Positions 1 to 14,101 of a stretch of 64,000 nt of DNA are shown here, one piece after another. Made by a program: the position numbers and the translations under genes. The notes under the pieces were generated by a model. It saw only the letters and a program-made list of their open reading frames with translations, was not told the DNA's origin and searched no databases. Position 1 is the first letter of the stretch; every line of letters begins with the position of its first letter. This stretch comes from Octopus vulgaris (taxonomy: Eukaryota): positions 53,072,001 through 53,136,000 of the forward strand of contig OX597819.1 of the NCBI GenBank assembly GCA_951406725.2, read 5' to 3'.

Positions 1-109
1 AAAAGATAAAGCCAGTTTTGGTGGAATTTGAACTCAGAACATAGAGATAGACAAAATGTCATCAATTATTTTGTCCATCATACTAATAATTCTGCCAGCT
101 TGCCACCTA

Positions 110-477
110 AACTCTTTTGATACAAACCCAGCTGAAACTGGCTCTGTAGTACAAATGTCTTGTTTTCAGAAGTTTAGAATTAAAACCTTCCACCAAACCA
201 TAGTAACAATTTATGTTCCTAACACTAACTTAATGATAACTAAATTATTTTACTAAATTCTTTATTATACTCTTTTACTCGTTTCAGTCATTTGACTGTG
301 GCCATGCTGAAGCACCACCTTTAGTCGAGCAAATTGACCCCAGGACTTATTCTTTGTAAGCCTAGTACTTATTCTATCAGTCTCTTTTGCCAAACCGCTA
401 AGTTACGGGGACGTAAACACACCAGCATCGGTTGTCAAGTGATGTTGAGGGGACAAACAGACATACAAACATATACT

Positions 478-515
<38 letters not shown>

Positions 516-741
516 CGACAGGCTTCTTTCAGTTTCCATCTACCAAATCCACTCACAAAGCTTTGGTTGGCCCAAGGCTATAGTAGAATATACTTGCCCA
601 AGGTGCCATGCAGTGGGACTGAACCCGGAACCATGTGGTTCATAAGCAAGCTAATTACTGCACAGCCACTCCTACGCCTATTATATTTAAAATAATTGAA
701 AGAAACACGGAGCGTCTCAAATACAGTAATGAAAGGGTTAA
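110..741. mobile_element. piggyBac-like MITE (TTAA-type ends), interrupted by a SINE
   Basis: Right end gtaatgaaagggttaa (726-741) is an imperfect inverse of the degenerate left end aactcttttgatac (~109-123); short AT-rich body split by the SINE at 269-679. Confidence 0.5.
269..679 (-). mobile_element. tRNA-derived SINE family A, full length, CR1-type 3' tail
   Basis: Reverse complement gives tRNA-like head (B-box GGTTCCGGGTTCAGTCCC), central (TA)n/(TG)n, and tail GGTGGTGCTTCAGCATGGCCACAGTCAAATGACTGAAACGAGTAAAAGAGT; homologous to 3115-3525; possible short TSD attata. Confidence 0.9.
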
Positions 742-754
742 TAATTCTTTCTAA

Positions 755-940
755 TTTTGGTACAAAAACAGCAATTTTAAGGGTAAGGATTTAGTTGATT
801 AAATGGACCCTAGTTTTTGACTGGTACTTTATTTTATTGGCCCCAAAAGGATGAAAGCAAAGATGACCTCAGTGGCATTTGAACTTAGAGCATAAAGCTG
901 GAAGAAATAGTGCTTAACATTTTGTCTGATGAGCTCACCA
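755..940 (-). mobile_element. SINE family B, degenerate copy
   Basis: Inverse match to the core ctttgcctttcatcctttcggggtcgataaaataagtaccag seen at 27660-27700; further partial copies at 1-105, 2065-2170, 31610-31815 (-) and 38895-39030 (+). Confidence 0.7.
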
Positions 941-1153
941 CCATTATATAACAACAACAACAATAATAATGATGATGATGGTAAAAAAACAAAATATCAC
1001 AGATATCAGGATAGAAGAGCATTATAAATTAAGGTTACAGAGTCATTAATTGGAAAATGTGATAATGATGCAGGATCAAGTTTATAGTGAAATATTGACT
1101 GAAGTTATATTTACACACACACACACACACATTATATATATGTATGTGTGTGC

Positions 1154-1204
<51 letters not shown>

Positions 1205-1771
1205 AAACCTAATCAGGTCAATATAGTGTTGAGGCTATTTAGTGACACATGATCCAGTGTCAATGAAATATGATACACTTGTGGGAGGTGAAGTGTCAAT
1301 GTAACTACAATGAGTAATAGTTATGTTCTTAACTGCAGCAGGTTACAGACACAGACTGGTGCCAGTGAAAACTATCTATGTAATGTGGTCCAGCATAGCA
1401 GTAGTATGTAAGTAGTGTATGCAACGAGAGGTTAGTATGACTAGGATCAGTGGCAAATGTAATGGGTCAAAGGTCAGTATACACCAGTGTATGTCAATGT
1501 GTCACATGTACAATAAATAAAATAAAGCTTTCTAGCCAGCTCAAAATTGCCTTCCTTGGTATCTGCCACTGAAGAAAACTAACAAGTATGAAATGCATGC
1601 ATCAGTCCAATAGAGGGCACTCTGAGTTGAAGATGGTGTTTTAACACAACAAACTGCATTAAAAAGCCTTTACAAATAACTCTCAAACATATTTGAACTG
1701 GTCTTATGTTGGTATTCTTTCTGTCACTGCTTCACACACCTATTCATGAATTATGGTATTTATTTTATTAC

Positions 1772-1815
1772 GGAGATGTACTTGCAAAGCAAGTGACTTC
1801 ATCTGAGATCGTGTG
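1772..1815 (-). CDS. candidate internal exon of unidentified minus-strand gene (TRSQMKSLALQVHL or HTISDEVTCFASTS)
   Basis: Strong acceptor ttgtttttgtttcag|CACACG; donor CC|gtaata (alternative CAA|gtacat ending at 1782); two open frames; non-repetitive. Confidence 0.45.
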
Positions 1816-2263
1816 CTGAAACAAAAACAATTGCAGCATTGAGGAAGTTTGCAAGCCATTTAAGAACACACTATTTATTTTGATCCTTCTATATTCTAGG
1901 TTACCTCTCTTATTCATTACCCAACAATGAATAAAATAAGTAATATCACCAATAATAAATATACCAACTGAATACACTAGAAGCAATTCAATTGACTATA
2001 CACCAACACCACTACAAAAAGTGGATCTGTGCCTAGTTCACCTAAATCATTCGTTTCCATTCTTTTACAAGGCCTGAAATTTTTGGGGAGGAGGCCAGTC
2101 GATTAGATCGACCCCAATACACAAGTGTTACTTAATTTATTGACCCCAAAAGAATGAAAGACAAAGTCGAAAAGACTAGATGTAGCTGAATAATTAGATC
2201 CCAAGTTCACTGGGGGCTGCTTTGCCTTTCATATTTTCAGGACTGATAAAGAAATACTAGTTA

Positions 2264-2575
2264 GGTGCAGGTATAGCTGTGTGATTAAGAAACTCACTTT
2301 GTAACTATGTGATTTGAGGGTTAGTCCTACTGTGTGGCACCTTGGGCATGTATTTCATTGTAGCCCCAGGTTGACCAATACCTTGCTAGTGAGTTTGATA
2401 GACGGAGACTGTGGAAGCCTGTTGTGTGTGTGCACGCAAGCACATTTGTCATCACTTGATAACAATGCTGGTTTCTTTGTGCCCCTAAAACTTCCCAATT
2501 CAGCAAAAGAGACTGATAGAATAAGTACCAGACTTCAAAATGTAAGTACTGGGGTTAATTAGATCGACTGAAACA
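2264..2575 (+). mobile_element. SINE family A, degenerate copy
   Basis: ggtgcaggtatagctgtgtg head, tgtggcaccttgggca body, aaagagactgatagaataagtacc segment as in 3115-3525. Confidence 0.8.
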
Positions 2576-3114
2576 TGTTAAGGATAGATAACAAAAATCA
2601 AAAAAATATGGCAGTGCAATTAATTTAATAGGTAATACAAACACACACATCTACTCTCTCTTTCTCAAAGTTGACCAAGTGTATAATTAAGCAAAAATCA
2701 ATATGCTATTAACTGTAACAGACAAAATACATTCAACAATCAACCAAAGTGGGATTAGTTATGTGTCAGTGCAGCATCGTAGTCAAATGGTTGGCAGTTA
2801 AATGTCAGTGTGACTTGTGACTGAACTAAATACAGTGTTAACTGTGTCAGGTGACACATCTGACAGCCCCTCTAATTAATTCCAGTGTCAACAATACAGC
2901 AATCATAACTGTGACAAAAACAAAAAAAACAATCAGTAAAATTTGAGGGTACTGCTGCAATGTAGCTAATTCTAATACTTCTAATTTCCTTTAAGATGGG
3001 CTCTGCACAAAACGTCAAAATTTATCACTGTTTATCACACGCAAAAATAATTAAAGAATTCTGAATTTTTAAAACTTTTTTTTTTTTTTTTTAAAGTGTG
3101 GCTACAAAGTAGTC

Positions 3115-3525
3115 AGGTGCAGGGGTTGCTGTGTGCTAAGTAGCTGGCTTACCAACCACATGGTTCCGGGTTCAGTCCCACTGTGTGGCACCTTGGGCAA
3201 GTGTCTTCTGCTATAGCTTCGGGCCGACCAAAGCCTTGTGAGTGGATTTGGTAGACAGAAACTAGCAGAAGCCCGTCGTATATGTATATATATATATATA
3301 TATGTATGTGTGTTTATGTTTGTGAGTCTGTTTGTCTCACCCAACATCGCTTAACAACCAACGTTGGTGTGTTTACACCCCTGTAATTTAGCAGTTTGGT
3401 AAAAGAGACTGATAGAATAAGCACTAGTCTTACAAAAAATAAGTCCTGGGGCCAAATTGCTCGACTAAAGGCAGTGCTCCAACATGGCCACAGTCAAATG
3501 ACTGAAACAAATAAAAGAGTAAGTA
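3115..3525 (+). mobile_element. tRNA-derived SINE family A, full length
   Basis: Head ggtgcaggggttgctgtgtgctaag...ggttccgggttcagtccc; central (TA)n; tail ggcagtgctccaacatggccacagtcaaatgactgaaacaaataaaagagt. Confidence 0.9.
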
Positions 3526-4199
3526 CTTTATTTATTTTTTCCTTTTTAACCTTCTGGGTCTGGATGAAGGGGCAGTGGCTATGGTCATTGTAGGCACTTC
3601 TAGATCAGTAAGATTGATTCTATTAGCGTTTTTCTTCCTGAGCCAACACCAACAAGAAAGACATGAGCTGAGAGAGGACTCTAGATAACCAAAGATCTGG
3701 GGAAGAACTCTGAGATTGAGTGTAGTGATTAGTGGGGTGAGTGTGGGACACAAAAGAATGATGCAAAGAGAAAAGACTAATCCCAGATGGGTTGGGAATG
3801 CCTGATTAAAGATGGCTTGAATGCAGCCAGCTCCAGTTCTTGAAGGCCATTACAGTAAGAAAAAGAGAGAAGAAGGGAGAATAGTATACCAGTAGGACAG
3901 TGCTGGAATGTGTCTGTGCCTGACTTTATGCTGATCAGTTGAGTTTGCTAAGTTCCTGGACAATTAAATCTGTGACACATGTTCGGAACCAAATTTTTTT
4001 CTAAAACACACTACATTGAGACTAAGACAAATTATTTTCATTTTGAACAAAATATAAGGCTGCTTGTAACTAGGACCAGCAAAAAGCCTCCTGGTTTTTG
4101 CACCATCAACAATAAGGTTGACCAACTTGCTAGACATAGCACTCTACTCTTTTAAGAAAGAGAAATACACACTGGATAGTATAGTTCTAGAGATATAAG

Positions 4200-4690
4200 G
4201 AAGCAAGTTGGCAGAATCATTAGCATGCCAGGCAAAATACTTAGCAGCATTTTGTCCATCTTTAGAGTTTGAGTTCAAATATTGCTGAAGTCAACTTCAC
4301 TTTTCATTCTTTTAGGGTCGATAAAAATAAGTACAGGTCATCATCAACTTATGACCACAATTGGTTCTGACTGGTCGTAAGTCAGCCTATAGGCCTACAT
4401 AGTTTTGTTTTACATTTTTACATTCTTAAAGTACATTCTCAGGTAAAAGTTACACACAGCATTCTGTATTATACTATTATGCTGGCATTAGTCAAAAATT
4501 TTGCAGTCTCAAGCAGGTGTCTTGCTGTTGGGAGCTGTCGTGGCAATCATCAAAAAGTCAATTGGTTGTAAGTTGGATAGGTCGTAAGTCAACGACAACC
4601 TGTACCAGTTAAACACTGGGGTCAATGTAACCAAATTATCTCTGATCCCATAACTGCTGGCCTTGTGCCAAAGTCTTAAAGCAATATGCA
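4200..4690 (+). mobile_element. SINE family B split by a Tc1/mariner-type MITE
   Basis: Head gcaagttggcagaatcattagca...gagttcaaat; core ...gggtcgataaaaataagta[MITE]ccagttaaacactggggtc; the core resembles the Meta/MESC domain of mollusc SINEs (from recall, unverified). Confidence 0.75.
4334..4602. mobile_element. Tc1/mariner (pogo/Tigger-like) MITE
   Basis: Imperfect TIRs CAGGTCATCATCAACTTATGACC / GGTCGTAAGTCAACGACAACCTG, flanked by TA on both sides (4332-4333, 4603-4604). Confidence 0.85.
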
Positions 4691-5060
4691 CAGTTCAAGT
4701 GACACTATGCCTGAACACACACACAAAAAAGGAGGGATGGTCACAAATGGAATACTGTTGATAATAAGTTTACCCAATCAGAGTTAACCTAACATAAACA
4801 ACAACAAACAAACAAGGCACATGACTATATATTTATGAAGACCCCTAAAATATCCTGAAACAAAAATGCATCTTATAAAACAGATTTAAAAATATACAAA
4901 CAAACAAACAAATAAATAAAGGACATAGGGCTTTTGTTTTAAATAGCAGTGTAATAGGGCCTGTCAGAGAAATTTGGGTATGGCTTGGTTCAATGCCAAT
5001 ACATCATTGACAGAAAATGGAATAAGGGGAAGGAAAGGGAAAAAAAAACATTCGATATGA
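4615..5060 (+). repeat. ~440-bp local direct duplication, copy 1
   Basis: Colinear, roughly 90% identical (by eye) to 6732-7174. Confidence 0.9.
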
Positions 5061-5179
5061 TTTACCATCATTGTACCATTATCTGAAAGAAATGAGATAG
5101 GAAGGACACTGGATACTTGATTTAGAGCCAAATGTCTGAGTAACTGTTTGAAAAATCCTCAGGCAGTCTCTTCATTTTC

Positions 5180-5254
<75 letters not shown>

Positions 5255-6731
5255 TTCATTTTTTTCTATAATTTTCATTTCATTTTTTATTATATGTTTT
5301 CCATTTCCTTTTCTTTTTTTTTTTTACCAACTTGGAAATTTAAGAGGAGGGTAGTTAAAAAACAGGGAAAAAAACAGAAAATCCTTCAATAACACTTGCA
5401 TTATTTTCCAGAGGCAATCACAATAGTTGCAACATTAGCAATTCAGTTTGCAATCTATTTCTTTTACTCCTTCAGTTAGAGATTTAGGGCTTTGATTATT
5501 AAATTTATTTAGTTTTGTTTGTCTTGTTTTTTTTTTGTCTATCATTATTCATTCCTTTATTTTATCATCCTTTTCCTTGTTTTTCTCTTTCACTTGGCTT
5601 CATGACAAACAATGAATAAGAAAGTAGCTAGAGTTTCTTTCAAACAGTAGCTATTCAGTTGAGGGAGGAGAGAGAGAAAGAGAGAAAGAAAGAGAGGGAG
5701 GGGAGAGAAGTTATCTCAGCCGGTACTAATGCTTAAACTATGAAATATTCATCTAAAAATGACAAAACAACATGAAAACAGAAGGGGAAAAAATGGACAG
5801 TGGAGAATGGTGGCAATGATGGTAATTACAATGATTTGTTTATTTATTATTTTTTCATGGTGCCATTCCTAATGTCAACTCTGTAAAAATCTCCAAGATA
5901 TAAAACATCATCTCTCATTAATGAGACTACCATCTTCTAAAAACAGGTCTTCTTTTTATTTTTATTTTTTTTTTTTCTTCCTCCAATCCATGGCTGCAGA
6001 TTATCTCACTTAAACTGAAGATAATTCTAGATGTGACAATGATTATTAAAATGATTATGACAGATATGATATATAAATGGCAACACTGATGATGATGATG
6101 ATGATGATGAAGACTGTGGTAACAATGATTGTGGCTGAGATCATGATAATATTGTAATGATGATGATGGTTGTAGTGATGAAGGCAGTAATGGTGATGAG
6201 GATGAGGGTGATGTTGGCAGTGGTGGTGGTGACAATGATGGTAGTTACAGTTTATGGTGTTGTAGTGCTAGTAGGGTAAGATTATGATGATGATAAAGAA
6301 GACAAGGATAATGACAACGATGACAATGAAGATGACAACGGTAAAAATCAAAGGTTCTAATAACCATTAGAGTCTCACTTCAGAGCAAAATAAATTATCA
6401 ATCTCTCCTTTGGCTAATGATGTTCATAAAATCTGATTCACCACACAAATTTTTTATAACACTGAGGGCAGTACATTGCTGAGATGGACAGCTTCACTCA
6501 CCTCTATTAGATAAACAATGACATACAAGTACGTTTTTTACCTTACCCAAGTACGATTTTACCTTACCCACCCTGTAAATTACAGACTGGTAGGAAAAGT
6601 TGGGTACTGAGAGCAAGCTGTCACCCACAAACAAGTATGAATTGGTAACATATACCAAACTCTGGCTAATTGCTTTTAGATGCCTTTATAGCCATGAGCA
6701 GATACAGATACTCTCAGGACTTTCTCCACCT

Positions 6732-7174
6732 CTGGGGTCAATGTAATCAATTTATCTCCAATCCCAAAACTGCTGGCCTTGTGCCAAAGTTTGAAAGCAA
6801 TATGCGCAGTTCTAGTGACACTATGCCTGACACACACACACAAAATAGGAGGGATGGTCACAAATGGAATACTGTTGATGATAAGTTTACTCAATCAGAG
6901 GTAACCTAACATAAACAACAACAAACAAATGAGACACATAACTATATACTTATGAAGACCCCTAAAATATCCTGAAACAAAAATGCATCTTATAAAACAG
7001 ATTAAAAAAATATACAAACAAATAAATAAATAAAGGACATTGGGCTTTTGCTTTAAATAGCAGTGTAATAGGGCCTGTCAGAGAAATTTAGATATGGCTT
7101 GGTTCAATGCCAATACATCATTGACAGAAAATGGAATAAGGGGAAGGAAAGGGAAAAAAACATCCAGTATATGA
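6732..7174 (+). repeat. ~440-bp local direct duplication, copy 2
   Basis: Begins ctggggtcaatgtaa and ends ...atatga like 4615-5060. Confidence 0.9.
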
Positions 7175-7224
7175 CAGAGAGGCGAGGGAGACAGACAGAC
7201 AGACAAAGATGCACCAGAACTTGG

Positions 7225-7362
7225 ATGGCATTCATTTTCAATTCAGTAGATCGGAGCAATGTGAAATGAAATGCCTTGCTCAAGAATACAACACACTGCC
7301 CAGTCTAGGAATTGAACCCAAGACATTAGGCTTGTGAACCAAACATTTTAACCATTTAGCCA
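7225..7362 (-). mobile_element. tRNA-headed SINE fragment, family C
   Basis: Reverse complement: tggctaaatggttaa (A-box) ... gggttcaattcc (B-box) ... cttgagcaaggcatttcatttcacattgctcc. Confidence 0.65.
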
Positions 7363-8114
7363 AATGCCTTTGGTAGAGGAGGAGATAAACAAAAACAACT
7401 AAATGTAAAATGAAAATAAACAAAATTTCAATAGGAGAGAAAATGCCATGAGGGAGTGGGATGCTCTAAATAAGTTAACACCTTTCACTAACTAATTATA
7501 ATAAGTAAGCCCTCTCACTAACTCAATTATCATATAGAATGGGCTTTGTGAAAAACTCTTGCCTTTGACACCCTGTAATTCAATAAACATCAAGAGAGTC
7601 ATTATGTCTATAATGACAGATAGACAGACTTCAAGAGGACCTGGAGAAGAGAGGGAATGTTATTGATAAGGCTGTGAAAGGCAATGAAAGGACTTTGACA
7701 AACCAGGCTGAGTGAATGAACTGAATGATCAATCAAATAATCAATTAACTGGTTAAATGGTTAACTAGTAGACTAATGATAATAAAAGAAGTGAAATAGA
7801 ACCAGTCCATGTGTTTATTATTGGCATAATGGTCCTCCTGAGATACAGCAACATGTTTCGACACAGGAGATCATATCAAGAATTTTGCAAACCAAATACA
7901 GAAACATAAAAAATAAAAAAATTAGTTTCTCTAACATTCCATCAAACTTCCTAATGGATGATGATGATGATCTATTATGGCTGCCATTAATTATTAGCAT
8001 TGCAAAAAGGGAAAAAAAAAAAGGAAAAGAAAGAAAAATTTCCAAAAGACACATTAGAACAGGAAAGACCAAATTGCCCTCTTGAGTTATCAGTGTCAAA
8101 TGTCAAACATTGTG

Positions 8115-8171
<57 letters not shown>

Positions 8172-8981
8172 AGAACATTGAAATATCCTCTCCATATCTT
8201 TTTAGCTGAAACCAGTTTCAGTGAGGGGAGTAGGAATGGCTGGAGGGGTGGAGGAAAGAATAATAAAGCATCAATCAATAAAACATTACCACTAAGACAA
8301 TCAGTCAAAGACTGGAAGACATTAGCGGCCAGTCAGTTCAAGAAATTTGGATTTATCTTTAATGTTAAAAAAAAAATAATAACTAATAAAGGAATAAATA
8401 AAAACACCTAACTACCTTTATCTCTTTGTTCTGTAAATGTGCTGGACTTCGATATCCCAATCAATCTCAGTAAAGAGAGAATACATAATGAAAATATTAG
8501 TAATAGGTGGACACTCGATAACTGACCAATTAATAGTGGAATCAAAAACACAATTGACTGGCTAGTAATAAAATAAGTAGGTTCTCCAACAGTCTAATTT
8601 CAGAGGTAGGTGACGAAGATGGCAGTAGGTTGAAGAGATTGGATAATTGCCCACACCAATTCCACAAGAGTCCATGCCATAAGTGTGAATGGCATCTATC
8701 TATGAGTATTCTGTTTGTAATCAAGTGTGCTTGACTTAATACTGAGTGAATATGATTACTTGTATATGTATGTGTGTGTGTGTATATATATATATTTGTG
8801 TGTATGTATACACACAAACACAGGGACACAGACAGCAGTGTACTTACAAAGTTTACTTTTCAACCACATGGGTTTGGTTTCACTTCAACAGAACAATACC
8901 TTACACAAGTGTCTTCTACAGCTCTAGGCTGATCAAAACCTTGTGCAAAAATATGGTAGGTAGAACGTGCAAGTTCACCAT

Positions 8982-9019
<38 letters not shown>

Positions 9020-9911
9020 AATATTTGTCATGTGTGGGTGTGTGTTTACATTAGCACATGTCCGAAAATTGCTCAGTTATTGGCAGTGAAATAGCTGTCA
9101 TTTCTTTTGTCAGTTTGTTGCCATTGACTTTGAGCCTTCAAAGATGTGCAGAAAAAGATAAACCTTATTTGAAAAATGGGTCAGAGTTAGCAATGGGAAG
9201 GGCATCTGGCTGTAAACCAATCCATCATCCCATTTCCATCAAAAGTCCAGACTGCAAACATGCACACAGATATATACACATGTGCGTACACACACACACA
9301 CACACACGATAGTCCTTATACAGATTCTGTCAAACAAATTCATGCATAAGGTGTTGGTTGGTCCAGGGCCACAGAAAACACTTGCCTAAGGTGTCATACA
9401 GTGGGATTGAACCGGGAAACCAAGTAATTGTGAAGGAAACTTCTTAACCACACAGCCATGCTTATACTTATTTTGTATTTACTAAACTTTCTCCCTCCAA
9501 ACCACTTTTCAATAAATAGTGTTTCATTTATAGTAACAAACTGATTCAATGAAGACAGCAAAGATAGTCTGTGTGAAATATTTTTAAACCAGGTTTTTAA
9601 AAATAATTCTAGCAAGATTTGATTGTTTTATTGTGTGATAAATATAAAAAAAAATAAAAAAAATAAAATAAAATAAAATAAAAATAATAAAAGACTGGAT
9701 TCAGACTCTCTACAATTTATTTATTTTATGAACTGTTTTCACAGGATTCAAATATAAACACATATACATTCAGTGATGACTGGTGGGTTAAGAAATAGAC
9801 TCCTGAAACCACTTTATTAACACCATCAATGTCAGTGAGAAAGGTCATTTATCCCAAGCAACTCAAACAAGTTCAATGCTTTAAATAAGATTTCTCCACA
9901 CACACACCAGC

Positions 9912-9944
<33 letters not shown>

Positions 9945-10551
9945 GCATCTACACACACACAGTGGTGGGGGAGCCAGACAGAGAAAAGATCATTTATAGT
10001 CATCAATTTTGGTACCATTTTTCTAGTTAGTCTTAATTCCATTCATTCAATTATCAACACTAGAAGTAGAAAATACAAAGAGATTATAGGATGTGTTAGT
10101 GATTTTCTAGAGTTGCTATTAGCAACGATTAAAACATACTCAGACTTTTATTTTGAACCAGACGCCTTATTTAAGTGATTTTCTTGTTTGTTTGGGTCTT
10201 CTTTTATTTTTCTAAATATTTGTTTGTTTTGCTTTTTTTTTATCTCCTATTCCACCACCACCACCACCACCATGCAACATAAAACAACACAAAACATACC
10301 AAAATGAAAAAAAAAAGAGCTTTATATGTAGAACTGGTGTTACAAACAATAAAAAGTATAAAAATTAAGAAATAAAACCCCCTAAATCACCAACCGTTGC
10401 TAATTTATATTATTATGAACGCGTAATAGTCTAATTTTAGTCTGAAGTAATACCATTAGAGGGTTCTGTTTAGTAAATAGGATTGTTTCAAGTGCTTTCT
10501 ATTTACAGCAAAATAATTCTGGCTTTCTCACTCCACCTTCCTTTCAGTGTA

Positions 10552-10587
<36 letters not shown>

Positions 10588-11006
10588 ACATATATATATA
10601 TATATACGTACACACACACACACACACAAACAAAAAACAGCATCTTTATTTTTTTTTATAAAGGTGATTGTTGCTTTCATCACAACTTGATCTATTAAGC
10701 ACAGAGGTCAGTAAAAATATCATAAACACCGCTCCAATAGAATCAACAAGTTGTTTTTCCAAGGATGGAAAATGCTCTAGACTGATGTTGGGTGGCATTC
10801 CTACAAGGTAGGTAAAATAAGGACCAGGTATACATTATTGATACAATATAGTCAGTTACATGCTCTCATCATCTACTTTGAGGCTTAGTACCAATGTAGG
10901 CAACCATCATCATCATAATTGTTAGTACACATACCATCAATATATTCAATATTTAATATTGTCTAAAATGGATATAATATTATATAATTTAGGAGAGGTT
11001 ATAGAC

Positions 11007-11320
11007 CAGGGGTTCTCAACCAGTTTTATCTATGATCCCTTTGATTACTATTTTATTCTGGGGGATCCCCATAGCCATTCTATGTCTAAAACCTAGTTTT
11101 ACAGAAGCTTCTTTCAAAATACCTATTCAGCCATTAACTTGTGCAGGTTGAACTATGTAAAATGCTTGAGAAAGAAACCTAGCTGTTCCCTAAAGCAAAC
11201 TTTTTTTCAGGGGCCCTTAAAATTCCATTGTGGATTCCCAAGTTACTATTTTGTAGTGTGGACCCCAAAAAATCTTATATAGACCCTCAGGGGTATATGG
11301 ACCTCAATTGAGAACCACTG
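11007..11320. mobile_element. hAT (Buster/Charlie-type) MITE
   Basis: TIRs CAGGGGTTCTCAA / TTGAGAACCACTG; perfect 8-bp TSD TTATAGAC (10999-11006, 11321-11328) with central TA. Confidence 0.93.
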
Positions 11321-14019
11321 TTATAGACAGTTAAATTGTTCTGGTAATCGACTGCTATCTATTTCACCAGCCACAAAAATAAGTAAGGCAAAGTCAACCA
11401 TAGAGAGATTTGAAATCTAGTTGCAAAAGAACAAAATTAAGCACCACACATCACTTTTGTCTATAGTACACTTCTTATTTCACCAATCATCAAGCTAACA
11501 ATAATAACAGTAATAATGAACAACTTTTATGAGAAATTATATTAATTAAGAAAATCTATCACACACTCTAAGGACATGTGGCTGTATACTCACTTATGCA
11601 ACAGAAATTTGCTGTAATAAAACCACAGAGGAGAAGACAAGAAGTGATGGTGGTGATGATGATGGCAACAACAATGATGATGATGATGATGGTGATGATG
11701 AATGGCTAAGAACACCATTGCAAATAGATTTAAATCAATTTCTTTCATGCCAGTGATTGAGAGGAGAAAATTGTTTTAACTTCGCTTCATGTATATCAAC
11801 CAATGTGTAAGAACAAAGATATCAGAAGGGAAATTTCAGAATAGAACAATATTTATTACATCAACCAAGAGAGAGAGACACAGAAAGAGTAAAAAAAAAA
11901 AAATAGGAAAAAGAAAGAAGAAAAACAACAAATAGGGACATAAATATATGCCAAGAGAAAATGATTTTTTTTTCTTGTACAATCATATCTTTTTGACCTG
12001 AAAGCACAAATGGACAATATGATATATAACTGTAGAAATATTAAAGTGAAAAACATAACCTATAGCTTGATCAAACACACAAGAGGATCTCTCTATGACT
12101 GTGACAAAAGTTACAGCTGGAAACATTCAATAAAAATAATACATGGTGTGGATGGCTGAGTGGATAAGGTGTTGGACAGATAGTCCATAGCTTTAAGTCA
12201 GTGTCAAAACACTTGTTGTTGTTGTTGTTGTTGTTGTTGTTAGATAGCTATGGTGGATTATACTTGAACAGACCACTTTTATCAAAGTAGTCAATCAAAC
12301 AAACAAAGCATTCAACTGATGCTTCTAACCATGACCATCTCATCTTTTATGGAGGACAAGTTATCCAAAGAATTTAGATCTTGAAATACACAGTCAGCTC
12401 ATTTATAGAATGTTGAGTGAAAAATGATGGTGAATGGAGTGACAGTGAGTAAAGGGAGACAGTGATGGTGAGTGGAGAGTGACAGTGAGCGGAGAGTGAA
12501 GGTGACTGAAGGCCTGCTGTGTTGAGCACATTCCTCATTTACAAAGAAACTCTCTGTTATTGGCTCAACAAATACTCATGTACTCATTTGAAACATGCAC
12601 TGAGGACAGATTATTTTACTCATCTCAGTTTTTCCAGGTATGAAAATAGATACCACCTTCAATTTCGATTTCAATTTGAAACAATTACTGACAGAAAAAC
12701 TACTGAGGTGAAAAGTAACAGGAAAAAGAAAAAGATATTGAGAAAAAAAGATGGAAAAACATTTACTTTCAAAACTTTGCACCAACGCTAGAACAACCAG
12801 GAATGATCCAATCCTTTGGACAAGAGTAAAACAATGTTGAAACAAACAAGCAAACATGAAATGGTGTGTCACACACACACACACACACACACTTTTATGC
12901 AAAGATGAAATGGTGTGTCACACACACACACATACTTATTAAATCAGTTATTCTAATTTCACAAAACTGAATGATGGGCTTCTTGAAGACATGGGATTTA
13001 CCCCCCACCCTTTTCCCCCCTTTGGCTATCAAATAAAGAGAATACAAAAGACATGTTCATAGTATAGTGTCTCATATCATAACATAAAGCTGTGTGTGTG
13101 TGTGTGTATTTGTGTGGCATGTGTGTGTGTATTTGTGTGGCATGTGCGTGAGTGTATGTTGTTAATGTAATGTATAAAATTCTTTCAGCTTTCAAAAGAA
13201 AAATTCTATTAAATAAAAGAAAAATTGAGAGATAGGGGAAGGAATATGAGAGAGAGAGAGAGAGAGAGAGAAGGAAAGGGAGATAGAAAGAGACAGATCA
13301 AAAGGAATGTTGTCTCATCACAAAATCATATTTAAGCAACAGTAAAATGGTTTCCTTTTCCACTAGTGACAGCATCAGTAAAAAATCAAGATACCTGACA
13401 TCTAACATATATAGACAGAAACAATTTGAAAAGTCACAGATAGAATTGGTAGTTAACAAATATGGCAATGTTAAAATAGTAATAAATATATAAACAAATA
13501 AACAAGAGAGGCAAAAAGAAAAAGAAGGAAAAAAAAACATTTATTCGATATCAACCAATAATACTGATGCGAACATCGATGGCAGCGCGAACAGAGAAAG
13601 TGGTTCCTGTTTTGACAAGACATTGTCTCAAATTCCAATCTTGATTTCGAAATCATAGGAGATAGCATATCATCAATATTATGTCAATTTCTTGAATTTG
13701 GATTTCTAACACACACTTGTCTTTATTTTTCTTTATTTTTTTCTTATACCTTTCTTTTCTCCTTATATATTTTTGTTTTTGCTTCCACCCTCACAATCAC
13801 CACCACCACAACCCAACTCCCACCTCTTCTTACCACCACCCCTCTCTGGCAATTTTAGCCTTGAATGTAATAAGAAAAAAGACAAGCACATTTGTAATAA
13901 TAATAATAATAAAATAATAATAATAACAAATGTAGGAAACAAAATAAAGCATACCCTTTACTTGTCCACCCACCCCTGAGAAAGATAACACAAAATGGAC
14001 AGGTTTGGGGAAGACATAC

Positions 14020-14101
14020 ACAGCTGAGAATTATCTGCAGTCATGGCAACTCTGTTATTGACTCTCACTATTGACAACTGATCTTCAGAAGCACAGTATT
14101 C
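14020..14101 (-). CDS. candidate internal exon (EYCASEDQLSIVRVNNRVAMTADNSQL)
   Basis: Acceptor ttcttactgtttgtcag|GAA; donor CTGT|gtatgt; 82 nt open, phase 0 to phase 1. Confidence 0.6.

Noticed and set aside
3115-3190. tRNA gene
   Set aside because: Only the tRNA-derived SINE head; no complete cloverleaf and it continues into the SINE body
8416-8700. Possible minus-strand exon ending AAG|gtagtt
   Set aside because: Stops in all frames and no clear acceptor; a UTR exon cannot be supported from sequence alone
13545-13700. CpG-containing unique segment as a coding exon
   Set aside because: No convincing splice-site pair or phase-compatible open frame found; may be non-coding
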